From: Bugula neritina
Lineage: Eukaryota > Animalia > Bryozoa
Direction of reading: 5' to 3'
DNA length: 64,000 nucleotides
Assembly: GCA_964035545.1 (NCBI GenBank)
Contig: CAXIUT010000097.1
Coordinates: 62,001 to 126,000, forward strand
The position numbers and the translations under genes are program-made. The notes beneath the pieces are model-generated. The model worked only from the letters and a program-made list of their open reading frames with translations, made no database searches and was not told the DNA's origin. Of the stretch, positions 15,656 through 31,999 are shown piece after piece (the first letter of the stretch is position 1; the number at the start of each line of letters is the position of its first letter).

Positions 15656-18600
15656 CTACATACTGAAATATACTGCAACATACTGCAACATACTGAAATA
15701 CACTGTAACATACTGAAATACGCTGCAACATACTACAACATATTGAAAGACACTGCAACACATTGAAATATACTGCAACATACCTAAATATACGGTAATA
15801 TACCAAAATATACTGTAACACATTGAAAAATACTGCAACATACTGAAATACACTGCAACACACCGAAAAACACTGAAAATACTGTAACACACTGAAATAT
15901 ACTGCAAAATACTGAAATACACTGCTACATACTGAAATACACTGCGACACACTGCAACATACTGCAACATACTAAGGTATACTGCAACATACTGAAATAC
16001 ACTGTAAAATACTGAAATACACTATAACATACTGAAATATACTGCAACATACTGAAATATACTGCTACATACTGAAATATACTGCAACACACTGCAACAT
16101 ACTGCAACATACTAGAATACACTGTAACATAATGAAATACACTACAACACATTGAAATAGACTGCAAAATACTGAAATACACTGCTATATACTGAAATAC
16201 ACTGCAACACACTACAACATACTGCAACATACTAAAATATACTGCAACATACTGAAATACACTGCAAAATACTGAAATACACTGTAACATACTGAAGTAT
16301 ACTGCAACATACTGAAATACACTGCTACATACTGAAATATACTGCAACACACAGCAACATACTGCAACATACTAAAATACACTGTAACATATTGGAATAC
16401 ACTGCAACACATTGAAATATACTGCAACATACTGAAATACACTGCAACACATTCAAATACACCGCAAAATACTACAACATACTGAAATGCACTGTAACAT
16501 ATTGAAATACACTGTAACATATTAAAATATACGGCAACATACTGAAATATACTGCGACACATTGCAATATACTGTAACATACTGAAATAGGCTGTAGCAC
16601 ACTGAAATACACTGCAACTCACTGAAATATACTGCAACATACTGAAATACACTGTAACATATTGAAATATACTGCAACACACTGAAATATAGTGCTACAT
16701 ACTGAAATATACTGCTACATACTGAAATACACTGCAACATACTGCAACATACTGAAATACACTGCAACACATTGAAATATACTGCAACATACCTAAATAT
16801 ACGGTAATATACTGAAAAATACTGTAACACATTGAAAAACACTGCAACATACTGAAATACACTGCAACACATTCTAATACACCGCAAAATACTACAACAT
16901 ACTGAAATGCACTGTAACATATTGAAATACCCTGCAACACATTGAAATATACTGCAATGTACCGAAATATATGGTAAACTACTGATATATACTGTCACAC
17001 ATTGAAAAATACTGCAACATACTGAAATATACTGCGACACATTGCAATATACTGTAACATACTGAAATATGCTGTAGCACACTGAAATACACTGCAACAT
17101 ATTGAAATACACTGTCACATATTAAAATATACTGCAACATACTGAAATACACTGCAGAATACCGAAATACACTGTAGCATACTGAAATACACTGCAAAAT
17201 ACTGAAATACACTGCTACATACTGAAATTTACTGCGACACACTGCGACATACTGCAACATACTAAAATACACTGTAACATATTGAAACACACTGCAACAC
17301 ATTGAAATATACTGCAATGTACCGAATTATATGGTAAACTACTGAAATATACTGTCACACATTGAAAAATACTGCAACATACTGAAATATACTGCGACAC
17401 ATTGCAATATACTGTAACATACTGAAATATGCTGTAGCACACTGAAATACACTGCAACTCACTGAAATATACTGCAACATACTGAAACACACTGTAACAT
17501 ATAGAAATATACTGCAATATACTGAATTACATTGCTACATACTGAAATATACTGCAACATACTGCAACATACTGAAATACACTGTAACATACTGAAATAC
17601 GCTGCAACATACTACAACATATTGAAAGACACTGCAACACAGTGAAATATACTGCAACATACCTAAATATACGGTAATATACCAAAATATACTGTAACAC
17701 ATTGAAAAATACTGCAACATACTGAAATACACTGCAACACACCGAAAAACACTGAAAATACTGTAACACACTGAAATATACTGCAAAATACTGAAATACA
17801 CTGCTACATACTGAAATATACTGCGACACACTGCAACATACTGCAACATACTAAAGTAAACTGCAACATACTGAAATACACTGTAAAATACTGAAATACA
17901 CTAGAACATACTGAAATATACCGCACCATACTGAAATATACTGCTACATACTGAAATATACTGCAACACACTGCAACATACTGCAACATACTAGAATACA
18001 CTGTAACATAATGAAATACACTGCAACACATTGAAATATACTGCAAAATACTGAAATACACTGCTATATACTGAAATACACTGCAACACACTACAACATA
18101 CTGCAACATACTAAAATATACTGCAACATACTGAAATACACTGCAAAATACTGAAATACACTGTAACATACTGAAGTATACTGCAACATACTGAAATACA
18201 CTGCTACATACTGAAATATACTGCAACACACAGCAACATACTGCAACATACTAAAATACACTGTAACATATTGGAATACACTGCAACACATTGAAATATA
18301 CTGCAAAGTACTGAAATACACTGCTACATACTGAAATATACTGCAACATACTGCAACATACTGAAATACACTGCAACACATTCAAATATACCGCAAAAAA
18401 CTACAACATACTGAAATGCACTGTAACATATTGAAATACACTGCAACGCATTAAAATATACTGCAATGTACTGAAATATATGGTAAACTACTTAAATATA
18501 CTGTCACACATTGAAAAACACTGCAACATACTGAAATATACTGCGACACATTGCAATATACTGTAACATACTGAAATAGGCTGTAGCACACTGAAATACA

Positions 18601-19440
18601 CTGCAACTCACTGAAATATACTGCAACATACTGAAATACACTGTAACATATTGAAATATACTGCAACACACTGAAATATAGTGCTACATACTGAAATATA
18701 CTGCAACATACTGCAACATAGTAAAATACACTGTAACATACTGAAATACACTGCAACATACTACAACATAATTCAATACACTGCAACACATTGAAATATA
18801 CTGCAACATACCTAAATATACGATAATATACTGAAATATACTCTAACACATTGAAAAACACTGCAACATACTGAAATACACTGCAACACATTCAAATACA
18901 CCGCAAAATACTACAACATACTGAAATACACTGTAACACACTGAAATATACTGCAAAATACTGAAATACACTGCTACATACTGAAATATACTGCAACACA
19001 CTGCGACATACTGCAACATACTAAAATACACTGTAACATATTGAAATACACTGCAACTCACTTAAATATGCTGCAACATACTGCAACATAGTGAAATACA
19101 CTGTAACATACTGAAATACACTGCGACATACTACAACACATTGAAAGACACTGCAACACATTGAAATATACTGCAACACACCTAAATATACGGTAATATA
19201 CCAAAATATACTGTAACACATTTAAAAACACTGCAACCTACTGAAATACACTGCAACACACTGAAATACACTGCAAAATACTGTAACACACTGAAATATA
19301 CTGCAACACACTGCAATTTACTGCAACATACTAAAATACACTGCAACATACTGAAATACACTGCAAAATACTGAAATATACTGCAACACACTGCAACTTA
19401 CTGCAACATACTAAAATACACTGTAACATATTGAATTACA
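15656..19440 (+). repeat. Dispersed copy of ~3690-7470 (offset 11970/11972)
   Basis: ORF offsets 3686/15656, 3955/15925, 5009/16979 and 5834/17804 = 11970. Offsets 6479/18451 and 7210/19182 = 11972, because the 2-bp deletion at ~6457 is absent in this copy. Confidence 0.85.
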
Positions 19441-22400
19441 CTGCAACACATTGAAATATACTGCAAAATACTGAAATACACTGCTACATACTGAAATATA
19501 CTGCGACGCACTGCAACATACTGCAACATACTAAAATATACTGCAACATACTGAAATACACTGCAAAATACTGAAATACACTGTAACATACTGAAATATA
19601 CTGCAACATACTGAAATACACTGCTACATACTGAAATATACTGCAAAATACTGCAACATACTAAAATACAATGTAACATATTGAAATACACTGCAACACA
19701 TTGAAATATACTGCAAAATACTGAAATACACTGCTACATACTGAAATATACTGCGACACACTGCAACATACTGCAACATACTAAAATACACTGCAACATA
19801 CTGAAATACACTGCAGAATACTGAAATACACTCTAACATACTGAAATATACTGCAAAATACTGAAATACACTGCTACATACTGAATTATACTGCAACACA
19901 CTGCGACATACTGCAACATACTAAAATACACTGTAACATATTGAAATACACTGCAACACATTGAAATATACTGCAATGTACCGAAATATATGGTAAACTA
20001 CTGAAATATACTGTCACACATTGAAAAATACTGCAACATACTGAAATATACTGCGACACATTGCAATATACTGTAGCATACTGAAATACGCTGTAGCACA
20101 CTGAAATACACTGCAACTCACTGAAATATACTGCAAAATACTGAAATACACTGCTACATACTGAAATATACTGCGACACACTGCAACATACTGCAACATA
20201 CTAAAGTAAACTGCAACATACTGAAATACACTGTAAAATACTGAAATACACTAGAACATACTGAAATATACCGCACCATACTGAAATATACTGCTACATA
20301 CTGAAATATACTGCAACACACTGCAACATACTGCAACATACTAGAATACACTGTAACATAATGAAATACACTGCAACACATTGAAATATACTGCAAAATA
20401 CTGAAATACACTGCTATATACTGAAATACACTGCAACACACTACAACATACTGCAACATACTAAAATATACTGCAACATACTGAAATACACTGCAAAATA
20501 CTGAAATACACTGTAACATACTGAAGTATACTGCAACATACTGAAATACACTGCTACATACTGAAATATACTGCAACACACAGCAACATACTGCAACATA
20601 CTAAAATACACTGTAACATATTGGAATACACTGCAACACATTGAAATATACTGCAAAGTACTGAAATACACTGCTACATACTGAAATATACTGCAACATA
20701 CTGCAACATACTGAAATACACTGCAACACATTCAAATATACCGCAAAAAACTACAACATACTGAAATGCACTGTAACATATTGAAATACACTGCAACGCA
20801 TTAAAATATACTGCAATGTACTGAAATATATGGTAAACTACTTAAATATACTGTCACACATTGAAAAACACTGCAACATACTGAAATATACTGCGACACA
20901 TTGCAATATACTGTAACATACTGAAATAGGCTGTAGCACACTGAAATACACTGCAACTCACTGAAATATACTGCAACATACTGAAATACACTGTAACATA
21001 TTGAAATATACTGCAACACACTGAAATATAGTGCTACATACTGAAATATACTGCAACATACTGCAACATAGTAAAATACACTGTAACATACTGAAATACA
21101 CTGCAACATACTACAACATAATTCAATACACTGCAACACATTGAAATATACTGCAACATACCTAAATATACGATAATATACTGAAATATACTCTAACACA
21201 TTGAAAAACACTGCAACATACTGAAATACACTGCAACACATTCAAATACACCGCAAAATACTACAACATACTGAAATACACTGTAACACACTGAAATATA
21301 CTGCAAAATACTGAAATACACTGCTACATACTGAAATATACTGCAACACACTGCGACATACTGCAACATACTAAAATACACTGTAACATATTGAAATACA
21401 CTGCAACTCACTTAAATATGCTGCAACATACTGCAACATAGTGAAATACACTGTAACATACTGAAATACACTGCGACATACTACAACACATTGAAAGACA
21501 CTGCAACACATTGAAATATACTGCAACACACCTAAATATACGGTAATATACCAAAATATACTGTAACACATTTAAAAACACTGCAACCTACTGAAATACA
21601 CTGCAACACACTGAAATACACTGCAAAATACTGTAACACACTGAAATATACTGCAACACACTGCAATTTACTGCAACATACTAAAATACACTGCAACATA
21701 CTGAAATACACTGCAAAATACTGAAATATACTGCAACACACTGCAACTTACTGCAACATACTAAAATACACTGTAACATATTGAATTACACTGCAACACA
21801 TTGAAATATACTGCAAAATACTGAAATACACTGCTACATACTGAAATATACTGCGACGCACTGCAACATACTGCAACATACTAAAATATACTGCAACATA
21901 CTGAAATACACTGCAAAATACTGAAATACACTGTAACATACTGAAATATACTGCAACATACTGAAATACACTGCTACATACTGAAATATACTGCAAAATA
22001 CTGCAACATACTAAAATACAATGTAACATATTGAAATACACTGCAACACATTGAAATATACTGCAAAATACTGAAATACACTGCTACATACTGAAATATA
22101 CTGCGACACACTGCAACATACTGCAACATACTAAAATACACTGCAACATACTGAAATACACTGCAGAATACTGAAATACACTCTAACATACTGAAATATA
22201 CTGCAAAATACTGAAATACACTGCTACATACTGAATTATACTGCAACACACTGCGACATACTGCAACATACTAAAATACACTGTAACATATTGAAATACA
22301 CTGCAACACATTGAAATATACTGCAATGTACCGAAATATATGGTAAACTACTGAAATATACTGTCACACATTGAAAAATACTGCAACATACTGAAATATA

Positions 22401-22493
22401 CTGCGACACATTGCAATATACTGTAGCATACTGAAATACGCTGTAGCACACTGAAATACACTGCAACTCACTGAAATATACTGCAAAATACTG
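17769..22493 (+). repeat. Near-perfect 2350-bp tandem duplication
   Basis: ORF offsets 17804/20154, 18451/20801 and 19886/22236. Private markers CCGCACCATA 17921/20271, CTGCAAAGTA 18301/20651, CTGCGACGCA 19501/21851, CTCTAACATA 19831/22181. Confidence 0.92.
19380..19639 (+). repeat. Representative 260-bp higher-order unit (120-bp 12-mer + 140-bp 14-mer)
   Basis: Each sub-unit starts with three B monomers plus ACTAAAATAY and ends ACTGCTACAT-ACTGAAATAT (19380-19499, 19500-19639). Direct 260-bp tandem copies lie at ~23969-24480, ~32000-32500 and ~38470-38980 (ORF end offsets 24115/24375, 32144/32404, 38620/38880). Confidence 0.8.
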
Positions 22494-23450
22494 GAATACA
22501 CTGCTACATACTGAAATATACTGCGACACACTACAACATACTGCAACATACTAAAGTATACTGCAACATACTGAAATACACTGTAAAATACTGAAATACA
22601 CTATAACATACTGAAATATACTGCAACACATTGAAATATACTGCAAAATACTGAAATACACTGCTACATACTGAAATATACTGCGACACACTGCAACATA
22701 CTGCAACATACTAAAATATACTGCAACATACTGAAATACACTGCAAAATACTGAAATACACTGTAACATACTGAAATATACTGCAACATACTGAAATACA
22801 CTGCTACATACTGAAATATACTGCAAAATACTGCAACATACTAAAATACAATGTAACATATTGAAATACACTGCAACACATTGAAATATACTGCAAAATA
22901 CTGAAATACACTGCTACATACTGAAATATACTGCGACACACTGCAACATACTGCAACATACTAAAATACACTGCAACATACTGAAATACACTGCAGAATA
23001 CTGAAATACACTGTAACATACTGAAATATACTGCAAAATACTGAAATACACTGCTACATACTGAATTATACTGCAACACACTGCGACGTACTGCAACATA
23101 CTAAAATACACTGTAACATATTGAAATACACTGCAACACATTGAAATATACTGCAATGTACCGAAATATATGGTAAACTACTGAAATATACTGTCACACA
23201 TTGAAAAATACTGCAACATACTGAAATATACTGCGACTCATTGCAATATACTGTAGCATACTGAAATACGCTGTAGCACACTGAAATACACTGCAACTCA
23301 CTGAAATATACTGCAAAATATTGGAATACACTGCTACATACTGAAATATACTGCGACACACTACAACATACTGCAACATACTAAAGTATACTGCAACATA
23401 CTGAAATACACTGTAAAATACTGAAATACACTATAACATACTGAAATATA
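21790..23450 (+). repeat. 830-bp tandem duplication (re-copied at ~25.7-27.0 kb, offset 3899)
   Basis: ORF offsets 21974/22804, 22236/23066, 22364/23194 and 25873/26703 = 830. Offsets 20801/24700, 22236/26135 and 22804/26703 = 3899. Confidence 0.8.
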
Positions 23451-24405
23451 CTGCAACATACTGAAATATACTGCTACATACTGAAATATACTGCCACACA
23501 CTGCAACATACTGCAACATACCAGAACACACTGCAAAATACTGAAATACACTGTAACATACTGAAGTATACTGCAACATACTGAAATACACTGCTACATA
23601 CTGAAATATACTGCAACACACAGCAACATACTGCAACATACTAAAATACACTGTAACATATTGGAATACACTGCAACACATTAATTATACTGCAAAATAC
23701 TGAAATACACTGCTACATACTGAAATATACTGCAACATACTGCAACATACTGAAATACACTGCAACACATTCAAATACACCGCAAAATACTACAACATAC
23801 TGAAATGCACTGTAACATATTGAAATACACTGCAACGCATTGAAATATACTGCAATGTACCGAAATATATGGTAAACTACTGAAATATACTGTCACACAT
23901 TGAAAAACACTGCAACATACTGAAATATACTGCGACACATTGCAATATACTGTAACATACTGAAATATACTGCGATACACTGCAACATACTGCAACATAC
24001 TAAAATATACTGCAACATACTGAAATACGCTGCAAAATACTGAAATACACTGTAACATACTGAAATATACTGCAACATACTGAAGTACACTCCTACATAC
24101 TGAAATATACTGCAACTCACTGCAACATACTGCAACATACTAAATTACACTGTAACATATTGAAATACACTGCAACACATTGAAATATACTGCAAAATAC
24201 TGAAATACACTGCTACATACTGAAATATACTGCGACACACTGCAACATACTGCAACATACTAAAATATACTGCAACATACTGAAATACACTGCAAAATAC
24301 TGAAATACACTGTAACATACTGAAAAATACTGCAACATACTGAAGTACACTCCTACATACTGAAATATACTGCAACTCACTGCAACATACTGCAACATAC
24401 TAAAT

Positions 24406-27400
24406 TACACTGTAACATATTGAAATACACTGCAACACATTGAAATATACTGCAAAATACTGAAATACACTGCTACAACACTGAAATATATTCAACACAC
24501 GGCAACATACTGCAACATACTAAAATATGCTGCAATATACTGAAATCCACTGCAAAATACTGAAATACACTATAACATACTGAAATATACTGCAACATAC
24601 TGCAACATACTGAAATACACTGCAACACATTCAAATACACCGCAAAAAACTACAACATACTGAAATGCACTGTAACATATTGAAATACACTGCAACGCAT
24701 TAGAATATACTGCAATGTACTGAAATATATGGTAAACTACTTAAATATACTGTCACACATTGAAAAACACTGCAACATACTGAAATATACTGCGACACAT
24801 TGCAATATACTGTAACATACTGAAATAGGCTGTAGCACACTGAAATACACTGCAACTCACTGAAATATACTGCAACATACTGAAATACACTGTAACATAT
24901 TGAAATATACTGCAACACACCGAAATATAGTGCTACATACTGAAATATACTGCAACATACTGCAACATAGTGAAATACACTGTAACATACTGAAATACAC
25001 TGCAACATACTACAACATAATTCAATACACTGCAACACATTGAAATATACTGCAACATACCTAAATATACGATAATATACTGAAATATACTCTAACACAT
25101 TGAAAAACACTGCAACATACTGAAATACACTGCAACACATTCAAATACACCGCAAAATACTACAACATACTGAAATACACTGTAACACACTGAAATATAC
25201 TGCAAAATACTGAAATACACTGCTACATACTGAAATATACTGCAACACACTGCGACATACTGCAACATACTAAAATACACTGTAACATATTGAAATACAC
25301 TGCAACTCACTGAAATATGCTGCAACATACTGCAACATAGTGAAATACACTGTAACATACTGAAATACACTGCGACATACTACAACATATTGAAAGACAC
25401 TGCAACACATTGAAATATACTGCAACACACCTAAATATACGGTAATATACCAAAATATACTGTAACACATTTAAAAACACTGCAACCTACTGAAATACAC
25501 TGCAACACACTGAAATACCCTGCAAAATACTGTAACACACTGAAATATACTGCAACACACTGCAATTTACTGCAACATACTAAAATACACTGCAACATAC
25601 TGAAATACACTGCAAAATACTGAAATATACTGCAACACACTGCAACTTACTGCAACATACTAAAATACACTGTAACATATTGAATTACACTGCAACACAT
25701 TGAAATATACTGCAAAATACTGAAATACACTGCTACATACTGAAATATACTGCGACACACTGCAACATACTGCAACATACTAAAATATACTGCAACATAC
25801 TGAAATACACTGCAAAATACTGAAATACACTGTAACATACTGAAATATACTGCAACATACTGAAATACACTGCTACATACTGAAATATACTGCAAAATAC
25901 TGCAACATACTAAAATACAATGTAACATATTGAAATACACTGCAACACATTGAAATATACTGCAAAATACTGAAATACACTGCTACATACTGAAATATAC
26001 TGCGACACACTGCAACATACTGCAACATACTAAAATACACTGCAACATACTGAAATACACTGCAGAATACTGAAATACACTGTAACATACTGAAATATAC
26101 TGCAAAATACTGAAAAACACTGCTACATACTGAATTATACTGCAACACACTGCGACATACTGCAACATACTAAAATACACTGTAACATATTGAAATACAC
26201 TGCAACACATTGAAATATACTGCAATGTACCGAAATATATGGTAAACTACTGAAATATACTGTCACACATTGAAAAATACTGCAACATACTGAAATATAT
26301 TGCGACACATTGCAATATACTGTAGCATACTGAAATACGCTGTAGCACACTGAAATACACTGCAACTCACTGAAATATACTGCAAAATACTGGAATACAC
26401 TGCTACATACTGAAATATACTGCGACACACTACAACATACTGCAACATACTAAAGTATACTGCAACATACTGAAATACACTGTAAAATACTGAAATACAC
26501 TATAACATACTGAAATATACTGCAACACATTGAAATATACTGCAAAATACTGAAATACACTGCTACATACTGAAATATACTGCGACACGCTGCAACATAC
26601 TGCAACATACTAAAATATACTGCAACATACTGAAATACACTGCAAAATACTGAAATACACTGTAACATACTGAAATATACTGCAACATACTGAAATACAC
26701 TGCTACATACTGAAATATACTGCAAAATACTGCAACATACTAAAATACAAAGTAACATATTGAAATACACTGCAACACATTGAAATATACTGCAAAATAC
26801 TGAAATACACTGCTACATACTGAAATATACTGCGACACACTGCAACATACTGCAACATACTAAAATACACTGCAACATACTGAAATACACTGCAGAATAC
26901 TGAAATACACTGTAACATACTGAAATATACTGCAAAATACTGAAATACACTGCTACATACTGAATTATACTGCAACACACTGCGACATACTGCAACATAC
27001 TAAAATACACTGTAACATATTGAAATACACTGCAACACATTGAAATATACTGCAAAATACTGAAATACACTGCTACAACACTGAAATATATTCAACACAC
27101 GGCAACATACTGCAACATACTAAAATATGCTGCAATATACTGAAATCCACTGCAAAATACTGAAATACACTATAACATACTGAAATATACTGCAACATAC
27201 TGCAACATACTGAAATACACTGCAACACATTCAAATACACCGCAAAAAACTACAACATACTGAAATGCACTGTAACATATTGAAATACACTGCAACGCAT
27301 TAAAATATACTGCAATGTACTGAAATATATGGTCAACTACTTAAATATACTGTCACACATTGAAAAACACTGCAACATACTGAAATATACTGCGACACAT

Positions 27401-29280
27401 TGCAATATACTGTAACATACTGAAATAGGCTGTAGCACACTGAAATACACTGCAACTCACTGAAATATACTGCAACATACTGAAATACACTGTAACATAT
27501 TGAAATATACTGCAACACACTGAAATATAGTGCTACATACTGAAATATACTGCAACATACTGCAACATAGTGAAATACACTGTAACATACTGAAATACAC
27601 TGCAACATACTACAACATAATTCAATACACTGCAACACATTGAAATATACTGCAACATACCTAAATATACGATAATATACTGAAATATACTCTAACACAT
27701 TGAAAAACACTGCAACATACTGAAATACACTGCAACACATTCAAATACATTGCAAAATACTACAACATACTGAAATACACTGTAACACACTGAAATATAC
27801 TGCAAAATACTGAAATACACTGCTACATACTGAAATATACTGCAACACACTGCGACATACTGCAACATACTAAAATACACTGTAACATATTGAAATACAC
27901 TGCAACTCACTGAAATATGCTGCAACATACTGCAACATAGTGAAATACACTGTAACATACTGAAATACACTGCGACATACTACAACATATTGAAAGACAC
28001 TGCAACACATTGAAATATACTGCAACACACCTAAATATACGGTAATATACCAAAATATACTGTAACACATTTAAAAACACTGCAACCTACTGAAATACAC
28101 TGCAACACACTGAAATACACTGCAAAATACTGTAACACACTGAAATATACTGCAACACACTGCAATTTACTGCAACATACTAAAATACACTGCAACATAC
28201 TGAAATACACTGCAAAATACTGAAATATACTGCAACACACTGCAACTTACTGCAACATACTAAAATACACTGTAACATATTGAATTACACTGCAACACAT
28301 TGAAATATACTGCAAAATACTGAAATACACTGCTACATACTGAAATATACTGCGACACACTGCAACATACTGCAACATACTAAAATATACTGCAACATAC
28401 TGAAATACACTGTAACATATTGAAATACACTGCAACATATTGAAATATACTGCAATGTACCGAAATATATGGTAAACTACTGAAATATACTGTCACACAT
28501 TGAAAAATACTGCAACATACTGAAATATACTGCGACACATTGCAATATACTGTAGCATACTGAAATACGCTGTAGCACACTGAAATACACTGCAACTCAC
28601 TGAAATATACTGCAAAATACTGGAATACACTGCTACATACTGAAATATACTGCGACACACTACAACATACTGCAACATACTAAAGTATACTGCAACATAC
28701 TGAAATACACTGTAAAATACTGAAATACACTATAACATACTGAAATATAATGCAACACATTGAAATATACTGCAAAATACTGAAATACACTGCTACATAC
28801 TGAAATATACTGCGACACACTGCAACATACTGCAACATACTAAAATATACTGCAACATACTGAAATACACTGCAAAATACTGAAATACACTGTAACATAC
28901 TGAAATATACTGCAACATACTGAAATACACTGCTACATACTGAAATATACTGCAAAATACTGCAACATACTAAAATACAATGTAACATATTGAAATACAC
29001 TGCAACACATTGAAATATACTGCAAAATACTGAAATACACTGCCACATACTGAAATATACTGCGACACACTGCAACATACTGCAACATACTAAAATACAC
29101 TGCAACATACTGAAATACACTGCAGAATACCGAAATACACTGTAACATACTGAAATACACTGCAAAATACTGAAATACACTGCTACATACTGAATTATAC
29201 TGCAACACACTGCGACATACTGCAACATACTAAAATACACTGTAACATATTGAAATACACTGCAACACATTGAAATATAC
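24406..29280 (+). repeat. 2600-bp tandem duplication whose second copy has a 370-bp internal deletion
   Basis: Offset is 2600 up to ~25812/28412 (25092/27692, 25647/28247), then 2230 (26263/28493, 26450/28680, 26703/28933). Confidence 0.8.
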
Positions 29281-31650
29281 TGCAATGTACCGAAATATAT
29301 GGTAAACTACTGAAATATACTGTCACACATTGAAAAATACTGCAACATACTGAAATATACTGCGACACATTGCAATATACTGTAGCATACTGAAATACGC
29401 TGTAGCACACTAAAATACACTGCAACTCACTGAAATATACTGCAAAATACTGGAATACACTGATACATACTGAAATATACTGCGACACACTACAACATAC
29501 TGCAACATACTAAAGTATACTGCAACATACTGAAATACACTGTAAAATACTGAAATACACTATAACATACTGAAATATACTGCAACATACTGAAATATAC
29601 TGCTACATACTGAAATATACTGCCACACACTGCAACATACTGCAACATACCAGAACACACTGCAAAATACTGAAATACACTGTAACATACTGAAGTATAC
29701 TGCAACATACTGAAATACACTGCTACATACTGAAATATACTGCAACACACTGCGACATACTGCAACATACTAAAATACACTGTAACATATTGAAATACAC
29801 TGCAACTCACTGAAATATGCTGCAACATACTGCAACATAGTGAAATACACTGTAACATACTGAAATACACTGCGACATACTACAACATATTGAAAGACAC
29901 TGCAACACATTGAAATATACTGCAACACACCTAAATATACGGTAATATACCAAAATATACTGTAACACATTTAAAAACACTGCAACCTACTGAAATACAC
30001 TGCAACACACTGAAATACACTGCAAAATACTGTAACACACTGAAATATACTGCAACACACTGCAATTTACTGCAACATACTAAAATACACTGCAACATAC
30101 TGAAATACACTGCAAAATACTGAAATATACTGCAACACACTGCAACTTACTGCAACATACTAAAATACACTGTAACATATTGAATTACACTGCAACACAT
30201 TGAAATATACTGCAAAATACTGAAATACACTGCTACATACTGAAATATACTGCGACACACTGCAACATACTGCAACATACTAAAATATACTGCAACATAC
30301 TGAAATACACTGTAACATATTGAAATACACTGCAACACATTGAAATATACTGCAATGTACCGAAATATATGGTAAACTACTGAAATATACTGTCACACAT
30401 TGAAAAATACTGCAACATACTGAAATATACTGCGACACATTGCAATATACTGTAGCATACTGAAATACGCTGTAGCACACTGAAATACACTGCAACTCAC
30501 TGAAATATACTGCAAAATACTGGAATACACTGCTACATACTGAAATATACTGCGACACACTACAACATACTGCAACATACTAAAGTATACTGCAACATAC
30601 TGAAATACACTGTAAAATACTGAAATACACTATAACATACTGAAATATACTGCAACACATTGAAATATACTGCAAAATACTGAAATACACTGCTACATAC
30701 TGAAATATACTGCGACACACTGCAACATACTGCAACATACTAAAATATACTGCAACATACTGAAATACACTGCAAAATACTGAAATACACTGTAACATAC
30801 TGAAATATACTGCAACATACTGAAATACACTGCTACATACTGAAATATACTGCAAAATACTGCAACATACTAAAATACAATGTAACATATTGAAATACAC
30901 TGCAACACATTGAAATATACTGCAAAATACTGAAATACACTGCCACATACTGAAATATACTGCGACACACTGCAACATACTGCAACATACTAAAATACAC
31001 TGCAACATACTGAAATACACTGCAGAATACTGAAATACACTGTAACATACTGAAATACACTGCAAAATACTGAAATACACTGCTACATACTGAATTATAC
31101 TGCAACACACTGCGACATACTGCAACATACTAAAATACACTGTAACATATTGAAATACACTGCAACACATTGAAATATACTGCAATGTACCGAAATATAT
31201 GGTAAACTACTGAAATATACTGTCACACATTGAAAAATACTGCAACATACTGAAATATACTGCGACACATTGCAATATACTGTAGCATACTGAAATACGC
31301 TGTAGCACACTAAAATACACTGCAACTCACTGAAATATACTGCAAAATACTGGAATACACTGATACATACTGAAATATACTGCGACACACTACAACATAC
31401 TGCAACATACTAAAGTATACTGCAACATACTGAAATACACTGTAAAATACTGAAATACACTATAACATACTGAAATATACTGCAACATACTGAAATATAC
31501 TGCTACATACTGAAATATACTGCCACACACTGCAACATACTGCAACATACCAGAACACACTGCAAAATACTGAAATACACTGTAACATACTGAAGTATAC
31601 TGCAACATACTGAAATACACTGCTACATACTGAAATATACTGCAACACAC
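27807..31650 (+). repeat. 1900-bp tandem duplication
   Basis: ORF offsets 27870/29770, 28380/30280, 28680/30580 and 29195/31095. Markers TGCCACATAC 29041/30941 and TGATACATAC 29461/31361. Confidence 0.9.
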
Positions 31651-31999
31651 AGCAACATACTGCAACATACTAAAATACACTGTAACATATTGGAATACAC
31701 TGCAACACATTAATTATACTGCAAAATACTGAAATACACTGCTACATACTGAAATATACTGGAACATACTGCAACATACTGAAATACACTGCAACACATT
31801 CAAATACACCGCAAAATACTACAACATACTGAAATGCACTGTAACATATTGAAATACACTGCAACGCATTGAAATATACTGCAATGTACCGAAATATATG
31901 GTAAACTACTGAAATATACTGTCACACATTGAAAAACACTGCAACATACTGAAATATACTGCGACACATTGCAATATACTGTAACATACTGAAATATAC

